Shown one piece after another: positions 9,474-18,103 of a DNA stretch of 51,907 nt (its first letter is position 1; every line of letters begins with the position of its first letter). The position numbers and the translations under genes were made by a program. The stretch is from positions 1 to 51,907 of IMG/VR virus record IMGVR_UViG_3300029319_000077. The stretch is one strand, 5' to 3'. The DNA comes from a virus (taxonomy: Duplodnaviria > Caudoviricetes). Under the pieces are notes generated by a model that ran no database searches, was not told the origin of the DNA, and saw only the letters and a program-made list of their open reading frames with translations.

Positions 9474-10955
9474 TTAGTAATAAACTGTTCTATTTTTTTT
9501 CATTAATTGTACTTCATCTTGATAATCGCCAGTCAAAGAAACAAAGCCACCCTGGCGGAAACGCATAAGAGCCATGGTGCTACTGTCGCACAAGTCATCA
9601 TAGTCGCCGTACGGAAAGCTTGCCATTTCTTCAATAACATCATCAGCAAAATCTCTATCCGGGGCCCACACCATGCCGGACTCAAATATCGGTGCAACAG
9701 AGTTCATCCTGGCTATTTTGTCTTGACCTTTTGATGGCGAGTATTGCGTAACAGGTATGCCCATTCTTTTGAGTTCTTGCGCTAAAGGTGTGCCGGAAGC
9801 TTTGGCTTCAATTAAAACGCAATCAGGATCCCAATATTTGTATTCTTCCATAGCTATTCTTTTCAGGTCAGGAAAATCAACTCTAAATTTTTTGGCATCA
9901 AGCAATATGATGTTTTCGCCCTCGCCCTCAACCGGCTCAAAAATACCCCAGGTTGTGATTGCCGAATAGTCTGCTGTTTCTTTTTTTGAAAAAGCTGTAT
10001 CCATTGACATAATCACATAGGAGTGACTGGGCACATCTTCATGCCACTTATTCCACCACTCTCTTTTGACGATAGAACCCTCTTCAGCTGTAGGATTTTG
10101 TTGCCACTGCGCGTTCCACTTACCGACAGGAAGTGAGGCTTTAACCGACAGCAATTCATCTTTTTTCCAAAATTCAGGCCATAAAGGTTTTTTTGACTCG
10201 GGCATAATTGCGGGAAACTCGACTATATCCCATTGATCTGCATGATCCTCAGATTGTTTTTTTAACAACTTACCCACAAGATCTTTTGTACTCCAACGAG
10301 TCATTACAATTACTATGGATCCTCCAGGCTGTAGACGCTGTCTAGGTCCGGATGTATACCACTCATAAGCTGACTCCATTGCTTTCGGAGACAGGGCATC
10401 TTGTTCTGAGTGTGGATCATCTATAATTAAAAGATCAGCACCACGACCTGTTATTGCTCCACCAACACCAGCATAAAAAGCTTCCCCACCCATATTTGTT
10501 GTCCAACGCCCAGCTGATTTATTGTCAGCCGATAGACTTACTTCCGGAAAAACAGTTTTGTAATCAGGGCTGTCCATAAGGTTTCTGACTTTTCTACCAA
10601 AATTAACAGCAAGCTCTGCGGTGTGTGTTGATTGAATTATTTTTAAATCACCTCTGAGGCCCATCATCCAGGCCGGTAGATAAATAGAAGCGAACTCAGA
10701 CTTTGAATGTCTAGGCGGTAAACAAATCATAAGTCTTTTAATTTTGCCTGTTGATAACTTATTAAATTTATCTGCAATAATTTTATGATGACGACCTTCA
10801 ATAAAGTTTGGCCACATATGATTTATAAAATTTAAAAAGTCATTTCGACAAGTATCTTGTTTTTCTAATTTTTCGTATCGATCTAAAAGAACAAGGGCTT
10901 CATTTTTTTCCTGGTCGGAAAGTATGTCAAAATCTTTTAAGCTCCATTCAGGCAT
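9474..10955 (-). CDS. terL: Terminase large subunit
   Basis: Walker A-like PPRHSKS, Walker B LLIIDD, MTRW coupling motif, and nuclease DTA, IEAKASG and DDLCD motifs. Confidence 0.93.
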   Translation of the reverse strand: MPEWSLKDFDILSDQEKNEALVLLDRYEKLEKQDTCRNDFLNFINHMWPNFIEGRHHKIIADKFNKLSTGKIKRLMICLPPRHSKSEFASIYLPAWMMGLRGDLKIIQSTHTAELAVNFGRKVRNLMDSPDYKTVFPEVSLSADNKSAGRWTTNMGGEAFYAGVGGAITGRGADLLIIDDPHSEQDALSPKAMESAYEWYTSGPRQRLQPGGSIVIVMTRWSTKDLVGKLLKKQSEDHADQWDIVEFPAIMPESKKPLWPEFWKKDELLSVKASLPVGKWNAQWQQNPTAEEGSIVKREWWNKWHEDVPSHSYVIMSMDTAFSKKETADYSAITTWGIFEPVEGEGENIILLDAKKFRVDFPDLKRIAMEEYKYWDPDCVLIEAKASGTPLAQELKRMGIPVTQYSPSKGQDKIARMNSVAPIFESGMVWAPDRDFADDVIEEMASFPYGDYDDLCDSSTMALMRFRQGGFVSLTGDYQDEVQLMKKNRTVYY

Positions 10956-10973
10956 GGATTTATTGTAAAAGTT

Positions 10974-11402
10974 TTATGAGCCTTCAACTATCATTTTTTC
11001 AAGTCTTTGACTTCTTTCGCCAACTTGTTTAGCCCAACGACTATCTAGCATTTCAACACCAGCAGTTTCGTAATCTTCAGCTTCCATTGCCGCTAAAAAT
11101 TTTTTGAATTGTAAAAGTCTAGTGAGACCAAGATTAAAACACATATTGATAATAGCTCTTTGTCTTACGTCGTTTAAATTATTAAACCAGGGAAATGTTG
11201 ATCGCACTTCTTTTTCGCATTCCTCTATATCATTGGCAAGCATATATTCAGCTTCGTCTTCAGACAATCCTCGAGAAAATCTATCGTCACATAGACGCCC
11301 TATGCCTATTGTCCAGTATCCTTCGCTGTCTTGGTAGCAATTAGCACGGAACCCTTCGTCCCTTTTTAACTCTGCTACAAGTTTATTTTTATCATAACTC
11401 AT
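10974..11402 (-). CDS. Endolysin, T4-type lysozyme (GH24)
   Basis: Catalytic E-D-T pattern in DEG...YQDSEGYWTIGIG; NMCFNLG; SRWAKQV. Confidence 0.9.
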   Translation of the reverse strand: MSYDKNKLVAELKRDEGFRANCYQDSEGYWTIGIGRLCDDRFSRGLSEDEAEYMLANDIEECEKEVRSTFPWFNNLNDVRQRAIINMCFNLGLTRLLQFKKFLAAMEAEDYETAGVEMLDSRWAKQVGERSQRLEKMIVEGS

Positions 11403-11878
11403 TAGTCTCCATCCTTGCCATTTGAGGCACCAAAATAAAAAGATATAACAGCGCTGGCCAAACCTCCAAGATAACCTAACACAAGGTTAATTAATGCTTC
11501 AGAGTTTTGCTCCGGTGGCTGTAAAGTTACAAGAAATATATATCCTAAAAAACCTGCAAGGGTGGCAATACCCATTATCCTGGTTGTCCAATCTTTAGAA
11601 AAATTTTTTCTTGCGTCTTGTGTATCTTCAACTTCAAGTTTGAAAATATCAACCTCAAGCTCTTTCATTTGCAATTCAAATTCGTTTTCTGCTTCTTTGA
11701 GTTTAAGCATTTCGGCGGGTGTTGCTTCTCGGACTGCCTTTTCAATAGCGGTAGGATTATTAGGCACTCCAAGCTTTTCAGCAATCATGCTGGCTGCCGC
11801 TCCTCCAAGAGGACCACCAAGAGCCTGTCCTAAAGTTGGTGCTAAGGTGCCAACCAACCCCTTGATTTTATTTAACAT
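11402..11878 (-). CDS. Putative holin (3-TM type)
   Basis: Gly-rich N-terminal helix, two C-terminal TM segments, SFYFG motif; coupled to the lysozyme gene. Confidence 0.65.
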   Translation of the reverse strand: MLNKIKGLVGTLAPTLGQALGGPLGGAAASMIAEKLGVPNNPTAIEKAVREATPAEMLKLKEAENEFELQMKELEVDIFKLEVEDTQDARKNFSKDWTTRIMGIATLAGFLGYIFLVTLQPPEQNSEALINLVLGYLGGLASAVISFYFGASNGKDGD

Positions 11879-11890
11879 AAAAAAATTATA

Positions 11891-12130
11891 TCAGACGAAT
11901 GTGCGAATGATAAGTGTTATGAGTGAGGCTATAAGGGCAACTAAAAAAGATATTATTACTTTAGAACCGTTATCAAACTTATCTCTAATATGCCCTATGT
12001 CAGATTGGAGATTTTTGATGTCGTTGTTAAGATCATCAAATTTAGAAAAAGCTGTCTTCCAACGCTCAGAGCATTGTGCCTCATGTGATTTCAAGTCCGT
12101 GTGGACGTCTTGTGCAGTAACTCTTGCCAC
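11891..12130 (-). CDS. Coiled-coil protein with C-terminal TM helix (lysis-associated)
   Basis: HEAQCSER motif, coiled coil and hydrophobic C-terminus; GTG start. Confidence 0.55.
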   Translation of the reverse strand: MARVTAQDVHTDLKSHEAQCSERWKTAFSKFDDLNNDIKNLQSDIGHIRDKFDNGSKVIISFLVALIASLITLIIRTFV

Positions 12131-13044
12131 TAGACCATTTGTGGGACAAATCCTCTTTGAGATCTTCCAGCAAGTAAGGATCCTATACCACTCATTCCCA
12201 TAAAGGGTGATAGAGGTAATCTACCTGAAGGCATTCCCATAAAAGGTGATGGAGATATTCCCATAAAAGGCATTCTAGGTCCTGCTCCAAACATAGGGAA
12301 CATAGACGTATCCATACCTCTGACACTACTTAATCCCGTTCCAAGCCCACTTAAGTCAGGCATTCTAGGTCCTGATCCAAACATAGGGAACATAGACGTA
12401 TCCATGCCTCCGCCTCCGACATTGCTTATTCCTTGGTCTTGTATTGAGCCAGGATCAAAAGTTGGTGCTTGTAAATTTGCTAGCCTTGCTTGCAACCGCT
12501 CGTTTAATGAAAGGCCATCGCCAAGCCTTTGGCTAATACTCATATCGCCTGTCATTCTTCTTGCAATACCTTCATCAACAGGACTTATAGGTTGAGCGCT
12601 ATCTGAAATATCGCTTAATCTTCTTCTAAGGTTTGCAAGCCTGCCCTCAAGTGCCTGAGCTCTTTCGCCTTCAGCACCTTCAAGTCTTGATGAAACTCTA
12701 TCAATTCTGTCTTGCAAATTTGTTGCACGATTTGGTCTTGCTCCTTGTAGTCTTGCAGCATCCATTGTTTGAGACATAATGTTTGGCTGTTGTCCTGGGA
12801 ATGGCCTAATAGGTTGTACTGATGGTTGTGGTACTGGTTGTGGTGCTGGAACTGGTCTGCCAATTGCCGTGCCGCCGCCTGGTCCACCTATTGAAATTGG
12901 TGGTACTGGTCTGCCAACCGCCATGCCAGGACCAAAACTTGGTCCAGTTAGTGAATAACCAGGTCCTGGAAAGGGTTGTCCAGTTCCTGGGCCACCTGGT
13001 GCGTAAAAACCTGGTGTTCCGCCTGCATACATCATTTCATCCAT
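12130..13044 (-). CDS. Low-complexity G/P/M-rich protein, possibly internal virion
   Basis: 304 aa, AAGGA RBS, internal repeats, MYAGG and GIGSL motifs. Confidence 0.6.
   Translation of the reverse strand: MDEMMYAGGTPGFYAPGGPGTGQPFPGPGYSLTGPSFGPGMAVGRPVPPISIGGPGGGTAIGRPVPAPQPVPQPSVQPIRPFPGQQPNIMSQTMDAARLQGARPNRATNLQDRIDRVSSRLEGAEGERAQALEGRLANLRRRLSDISDSAQPISPVDEGIARRMTGDMSISQRLGDGLSLNERLQARLANLQAPTFDPGSIQDQGISNVGGGGMDTSMFPMFGSGPRMPDLSGLGTGLSSVRGMDTSMFPMFGAGPRMPFMGISPSPFMGMPSGRLPLSPFMGMSGIGSLLAGRSQRGFVPQMV
12268..12410. repeat. 53-bp direct repeat pair (12268-12320, 12358-12410)
   Basis: Two mismatches, 90-bp period; encodes GMDTSMFPMFG[SA]GPRMP twice. Confidence 0.9.
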
Positions 13045-13097
13045 TGTTCTATCCTTTGTTAAAAAGTTGTAATTATTATTCTATCACAAAAAAAAAT

Positions 13098-13322
13098 CTA
13101 GCTTTTGATTACGGGCTCTTCATCTTTTTTAAAAGATCCTATAAGAGCGCTTTCAAAACCACCTAAGGCTACCTCCAATTGTTGTAGCTTAAAATTGATT
13201 TGATTTTTTTGTAATTTCAAATCTTCAATTTGGCGGCAAAAATACTTTTGTTCATCCGTCAAACTATCAACATCAATATCCTTACCATCAATGGTAAGGT
13301 ATTGTTTTTTCTCCTCAGACAT
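13098..13322 (-). CDS. Small coiled-coil protein downstream of the tail fibre (possible chaperone)
   Basis: 74 aa, AAGGAG RBS, TIDGK..V..L..EQ pattern. Confidence 0.6.
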   Translation of the reverse strand: MSEEKKQYLTIDGKDIDVDSLTDEQKYFCRQIEDLKLQKNQINFKLQQLEVALGGFESALIGSFKKDEEPVIKS

Positions 13323-13331
13323 AATTTCTCC

Positions 13332-13415
13332 TTACTTATTAATTTTGCTCCATAAATATTTTACACTATTTACAATTTTGTCTTTACACACTTGTAACCA
13401 TTCTAAAATTTTCAT
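13332..13415 (-). CDS. 27-aa amphipathic peptide
   Basis: MKILEWLQVCKDKIVNSVKYLWSKINK with an AGAGGA RBS; fills the gap between two genes. Confidence 0.5.
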   Translation of the reverse strand: MKILEWLQVCKDKIVNSVKYLWSKINK

Positions 13416-13425
13416 TTAATTCCTC

Positions 13426-13794
13426 TTAACTGTTTATTGTTTTACCTACAGAGTCGGGTGTTATTTGTTTTGCAATTTTTGCATCTATCAACCTTTTATA
13501 TTCTGTAACTTGATCTGCGCCGATTGCGGCTTCAGCCCAACCTTGCACTTGTGCTTGATTTACACTTGCAAAACTTGTAAAGCTTGCAAGGTTAGAAACG
13601 TCTAACCCGATAGATCCATAAACGTCAGCTTTTTGCGGGTTGCCATCGGCATCGTTATTTACATCATCTTCACCGGTCAAACGCCAGTGCACTAAATAAA
13701 TTACATCAGACTCAGTGTTTGCTGGGTCTTGACTATCGGTGTGGGAGGGATATGTTTCCACCTTTTTTACATCCCAAGTATAAGAAATTGCCAT
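13426..13794 (-). CDS. Tail-fibre-associated protein
   Basis: MAISYTW, VHW and QVQGW pattern; coupled to the fibre gene. Confidence 0.6.
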   Translation of the reverse strand: MAISYTWDVKKVETYPSHTDSQDPANTESDVIYLVHWRLTGEDDVNNDADGNPQKADVYGSIGLDVSNLASFTSFASVNQAQVQGWAEAAIGADQVTEYKRLIDAKIAKQITPDSVGKTINS

Positions 13795-15938
13795 TATGCA
13801 TTCTCCAAAGTTTCAATTCTTGCTGTCAATGCATCTATTTTATCGTCTGCTTCTTGTAAAGCTTTGATCAGCATTGGAACAAAGACAGAATATTTTACAC
13901 TTTTTTTGCCTTCATCGTCTGTCTTTACAAGACCTGGAAAAACACTTTCTAATTCTTGAGCTATGACACCTATCTGTTTGTGATCACTCCCAATAAAATT
14001 AAAGTTTCTTACTTGCACTTGATTTATGTCGGCAAGTTTATCTGTAGCATCTACTATGTTTTCTTTCAATGTTTGATCTGATATAGCCCCGTAAGAGTTA
14101 TTAGTGTTTTGCAAATCTCCATCGCCTTTAACCCTAAACTCTCCAGCATTACCAAACATTTGAGTTACATTACCGCTTCCACCAACATCTATTGAATTTT
14201 TGAACCTACCATTTGATCCATTTAATAAAAGCCCAAAGTTGCTGGAGTCAATAGTTGTGGAGGTCGTTCCTATTAATACGGATTGAGAGTTAGTTATTCT
14301 CATGGCTTCTGTATCGTTGGTTTCAAAAGTCATTGGTTCAGAGGTAGAAGTTTTAATGGCTAGGCTGTTGTCTTCAGCATCTATAATGCAGCCCTCACCG
14401 GAAGTAGAAGCTTTTAATTCTAAATGGCTTCCTGCTCCTGTTCTTGCTATTCGTATAACTTGAGTGGTAGAACCTTCGATGTCTAACTCAGCTGCTGGGG
14501 AAGTTGTTCCAATACCTAAGTTGCCTGATGAGTCTATGACGGCTCTTTGAGTTGCAGCGGTGAAAAATCTCATTTCATCCGTACCAGTACCGTGCACATA
14601 TCTAATTTCACCAGCAGCAGAATTATCATCTGCAAATTTAATTGAGCCATGATTAGCTGCATTACTCAAAACGGTTACATGACAGTCGCCGTTTCTTTCA
14701 AAAATACCTACTGTTTGTGCAGTTGCGCTATTGGATGTATCGCTTGTCATTGCGTGGAATGTGACATCAGGGCTTGTAGTACCTACCCCAAGCCTGGTAT
14801 CACCAGTTACCCTGGCCTGTTCAGAGCCATCCACTAAAAATTTGATAACCGAGCCTGCGCCCTGATCGTTGTTATCGGCTGCTAACTCCAAATTATCAGT
14901 AGCGCCTTTTATGAAATTATCTCTATCGGATCCGTCTTGTTCAAGCTTGATACTGGGATTAGAAGACTTGATATGCAAGGTTCGGTCAATTGCGGCTGAA
15001 CTAAAGTCGCCGATACCAACTTTTTGTGCGTCATCTACTTGTACCGCCTCGGTTAAGGATCCGCCTGCTTTCAAAGTCTTAATAGATAGATTACCGCCGG
15101 TCGTGTTTGTGCGGGTACCTGTTAAAGTAACTCTATCGGTATTATTGGTTTGTAGTGTTAATAAAGTTGATCCGCTTGCGTTACTGTTGGAGGTTCCTAT
15201 TCGCAAGCCATCGCCAGTCGCAGCAGCGCCTTGTAAATTAATTAAATTGCCCGACGGGTTCATAACTCCGATTGTTGAGTTATCAATTTTGAACTGAATT
15301 GTGGTGCTGGAGTCAGCATCGTCCGGGTCAGCGTTAATTTCAACACCTGAGTTATCTAAACTTCTTATCTCAGAATAAGAGTTACTTACACCGCTGCTAT
15401 CTTCTAGTCTAATATTTGCTTCCGTGCCAAAAATGTGTAACTCAGCTTGTGGATTTGTGGTTCCAATCCCTAGTGTTGTATTGACGATTACATTGTCTAT
15501 TTGAATGTTGTCAAGCGCATCGTTGATAGCGCCGTTGGTACCGCCAGCTCCGTCTGCATAAATCATTGCAGTTTTACCATTAGCTATAGTTTTTGTGCTT
15601 CCTGAAGATCCTTGTTTAAAGGTTAAAGACTGGCTGCCTGTTGTGGCATTTTCTATCATCCAAATCTTTTTACTGTCTGAGGGTGCAAGTGTAATAGTCC
15701 TGGTGGCTGTCAATGAAACCGAGGAAGTAAATTTAATGTAAAAAAACCTTGCATTGGAGGCTGTGCCTTCAGAAACAGTAAGTGTTGCGTCTGCATCAGA
15801 AGCAAGATCATTAGCTACATAAGAAAATGCATTATCAAATAATTCATATTGTGTATTGGTTTCCGTACCCCAGGTTCCGGATCTTGTGCCGGACTCTATT
15901 TGTCGTATTCCTAAACTTGTTGTAAATGTGTCAGCCAT
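13794..15938 (-). CDS. Tail fibre/spike with C-terminal intramolecular chaperone (peptidase S74)
   Basis: GTWG N-terminal anchor, repeated GIGTTxP units, and SDQTLKENI and GVIAQELE..FP chaperone motifs with a terminal coiled coil. Confidence 0.85.
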   Translation of the reverse strand: MADTFTTSLGIRQIESGTRSGTWGTETNTQYELFDNAFSYVANDLASDADATLTVSEGTASNARFFYIKFTSSVSLTATRTITLAPSDSKKIWMIENATTGSQSLTFKQGSSGSTKTIANGKTAMIYADGAGGTNGAINDALDNIQIDNVIVNTTLGIGTTNPQAELHIFGTEANIRLEDSSGVSNSYSEIRSLDNSGVEINADPDDADSSTTIQFKIDNSTIGVMNPSGNLINLQGAAATGDGLRIGTSNSNASGSTLLTLQTNNTDRVTLTGTRTNTTGGNLSIKTLKAGGSLTEAVQVDDAQKVGIGDFSSAAIDRTLHIKSSNPSIKLEQDGSDRDNFIKGATDNLELAADNNDQGAGSVIKFLVDGSEQARVTGDTRLGVGTTSPDVTFHAMTSDTSNSATAQTVGIFERNGDCHVTVLSNAANHGSIKFADDNSAAGEIRYVHGTGTDEMRFFTAATQRAVIDSSGNLGIGTTSPAAELDIEGSTTQVIRIARTGAGSHLELKASTSGEGCIIDAEDNSLAIKTSTSEPMTFETNDTEAMRITNSQSVLIGTTSTTIDSSNFGLLLNGSNGRFKNSIDVGGSGNVTQMFGNAGEFRVKGDGDLQNTNNSYGAISDQTLKENIVDATDKLADINQVQVRNFNFIGSDHKQIGVIAQELESVFPGLVKTDDEGKKSVKYSVFVPMLIKALQEADDKIDALTARIETLENA

Positions 15939-15972
15939 AAAAAAATCCTAAAAAAAATAATTATATCAAATA

Positions 15973-16740
15973 TTATGCAGCGGCATCTTCAATCTCTTCG
16001 TAATTCGGAGTCTGCGTATCATCTATCTCACTCCATCCAGGAGTTTGACTGTTATCTATATTACTATAGTTTGGTGTTTGTGTATCACTTAATGGCGACC
16101 AGCCTGGTGTTTGGCTGTCATCAATCGGTGCATAGTTTGGAGTTGATGTGTCAGGTATCAGTCCCCAAATAAAAACTTCTCCACTGCCGCTAGTAATATC
16201 CAAGCCTGTCAAATTAACAGTGCCCTTGGCATTTGTTGTTATGCTTCCTAATCCTGAGGTGATTGCTTGGCCTGTAACGCTGACATTAATTGACAAAAAG
16301 ATACTTACCGTGCCAAGAGCAGAGGTTACACCTAGCCCCGTTAAGGAAACATTAGCGTCGGCTGTTGTGGTAAGTGTGCCCAGGCTTGATGTTATTTGTT
16401 GACCGTCCACATTATATGCAGAGTCAAAAGTAGGTGTTCCTAATCCTGAGGTTATACCTTGACCCGTTGGTGTAATATTTGCTTTTGCAATTACTGTTGG
16501 AGTGCCAAGCGCTGAGGTAATGCCAAAGCCAGCTACAGTTATGTTAGCGTCTGCGGTAGTGGTTGGTGTACCTAAAGCCGAGGTTATGCTAAAACCGGTG
16601 ACGGTAATATTAGCATCAGCATTGATGGTGAGAGTACCAAGACCTGAGGTAATTTGTTGACCACCGACATCTACGCCAATAGGTTCGTTCCAAGCTCCTT
16701 GACCAAAAGTGCCGCGGCCCCAACCAGTAATATTAGCCAT
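15973..16740 (-). CDS. Virion structural protein with tandem repeats
   Basis: Roughly 20-aa repeats (VTG..ITS.LG), GWGRGTFG N-terminus and C-terminal TP[NG][YW] repeats. Confidence 0.65.
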   Translation of the reverse strand: MANITGWGRGTFGQGAWNEPIGVDVGGQQITSGLGTLTINADANITVTGFSITSALGTPTTTADANITVAGFGITSALGTPTVIAKANITPTGQGITSGLGTPTFDSAYNVDGQQITSSLGTLTTTADANVSLTGLGVTSALGTVSIFLSINVSVTGQAITSGLGSITTNAKGTVNLTGLDITSGSGEVFIWGLIPDTSTPNYAPIDDSQTPGWSPLSDTQTPNYSNIDNSQTPGWSEIDDTQTPNYEEIEDAAA

Positions 16741-18089
16741 TAGTCATCCTCAAATATATCTATTTCATTTAGGTTGTAGTTTTTTGTATATTTTTGTATA
16801 CTAGGGTTGATGGAAAAAGATACATTATATTTTGCTTGGGAAGATGGTCCTGCTGTTGTTGCTCCAGTTGAAGCTGGATACTTGGGATATTTTATATCAC
16901 CAGGTAAAACAGGTTGGACTCTTGCAGATCCAGGCCAATTAGTTGACTTTTTCGTCGACGGTCTAAAAATGTCTAAAACATCATTTGAAAGTAGATTTGG
17001 TGTGATTGGTGAAGCATTACCAGTATTGCCAGCGGCTACATAGCCTCCCATTGCAAACTTTTTAACGTCTGTTTTATAAAAACCTGGGTCAATTTGTTTT
17101 TGTGCGTCGCCAAAAGACTTTGCCATTTTTCTCTTCAATGCTTCGCCTTGTTTGACTATATCGTCACCAATTTTTGCTAATTCATTAATATCTTCAGGCA
17201 TACCTTTAGGGAACAGGCTTCTAAACTGCTCAAACAGTTTGTGGTTTTTATCAGAGGCTTTCCACATAGGTTCAGTTATAGCAGATATTTCGCCAACAAT
17301 AGGTTCACCTCTTGAGTTGGTAAATTTAATAATAAGTTTTCTGTCAACAAAACCTTCAGGTTTTACAAGTCTGCCTTTGTCAAAGACCTCATAATTTTGT
17401 TTAATAGCCAGGACTAATTTTTCTTCATCATTTGGGGTTTTGACTAAAACTCTTGTTCTGATTGGGTCAGTAAGCTTGCTTACGTCGTTGCCATATTTTG
17501 TGCGTGACTTTTCTACTATTCTAGGTATCTTTTTTACTTTTCCAGCTGGAGCTAAAGTTTCTGCATCTATCTTGATGGTTTTGCCAGGCAAATTTGTTTG
17601 TAAATTCAGCTGGGCTGCAATATTGTCAATTTGTTGATTAAACTCAGGCGCGGAGCGTTTTGCCCTATCATAGATTTTTATTGAGTCTCTTACAGGATCG
17701 CCACTAAAAATATCAGCTTGATGTTTAACTACATCATCAACAGTGTTGGATGTCGCTAAGCTGGTAATGCCTTTTTTTAAAACTTCCTTACCTGGGCGAA
17801 ATAATTCACCAATCAGAGGTATAGCTCCTAAGGTTGAGAGTCCTGCAATACCTGCATACATTAAACCTGGTTTGATATTACCTTCTCTAAACTCTTCAAT
17901 TGCATCTCGACCATATTTACCACCAGCTGCAATATCCAGGGCCATTCCTGGTGGAGTAAACCCAGCTAGTATTTGTGCTGGTAATGGAACATTTTGTTCA
18001 TAGCCTTCAACGAAAATATCTAATAAATCTGCATCGGCTGCTCCGCCGGATTGAAAAATATCTATGTTGTCGAGCAATCTTTGGTTCAT
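16740..18089 (-). CDS. Protein with a central RelA/SpoT-like (small alarmone synthetase) nucleotidyltransferase domain
   Basis: KVKKIPRIVEK, LTDPIRTRV, GFVDRKL, GEISAIT and HKLFEQFR follow RSH synthetase motif order; N-terminal amphipathic pre-toxin-like segment. Confidence 0.65.
   Translation of the reverse strand: MNQRLLDNIDIFQSGGAADADLLDIFVEGYEQNVPLPAQILAGFTPPGMALDIAAGGKYGRDAIEEFREGNIKPGLMYAGIAGLSTLGAIPLIGELFRPGKEVLKKGITSLATSNTVDDVVKHQADIFSGDPVRDSIKIYDRAKRSAPEFNQQIDNIAAQLNLQTNLPGKTIKIDAETLAPAGKVKKIPRIVEKSRTKYGNDVSKLTDPIRTRVLVKTPNDEEKLVLAIKQNYEVFDKGRLVKPEGFVDRKLIIKFTNSRGEPIVGEISAITEPMWKASDKNHKLFEQFRSLFPKGMPEDINELAKIGDDIVKQGEALKRKMAKSFGDAQKQIDPGFYKTDVKKFAMGGYVAAGNTGNASPITPNLLSNDVLDIFRPSTKKSTNWPGSARVQPVLPGDIKYPKYPASTGATTAGPSSQAKYNVSFSINPSIQKYTKNYNLNEIDIFEDD
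16774..16802 (+). promoter_or_regulatory. Sigma70-like promoter for the antisense ORF
   Basis: TTGTAG (16774-16779), 17 nt, TATACT (16797-16802); ATG follows 7 nt later (leaderless). Confidence 0.55.
16810..17043 (+). CDS. Antisense 77-aa protein, candidate antitoxin/immunity protein
   Basis: MEKDTLYFAWEDGPAVV...; globular aromatic/acidic composition, own promoter, nested in the 3' tail of the RSH-like gene. Confidence 0.55.
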   Translation: MEKDTLYFAWEDGPAVVAPVEAGYLGYFISPGKTGWTLADPGQLVDFFVDGLKMSKTSFESRFGVIGEALPVLPAAT

Positions 18090-18103
18090 AACAATATTGT
18101 ATC

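Noticed and set aside
11562-12203. 213-aa plus-strand ORF
   Set aside because: Antisense shadow of the holin region; S/I/F-rich, no RBS or motif.
12268-12410. Template/variable repeat pair of a diversity-generating retroelement
   Set aside because: No reverse transcriptase in the genome; both copies are in frame in one gene, 90 bp apart.
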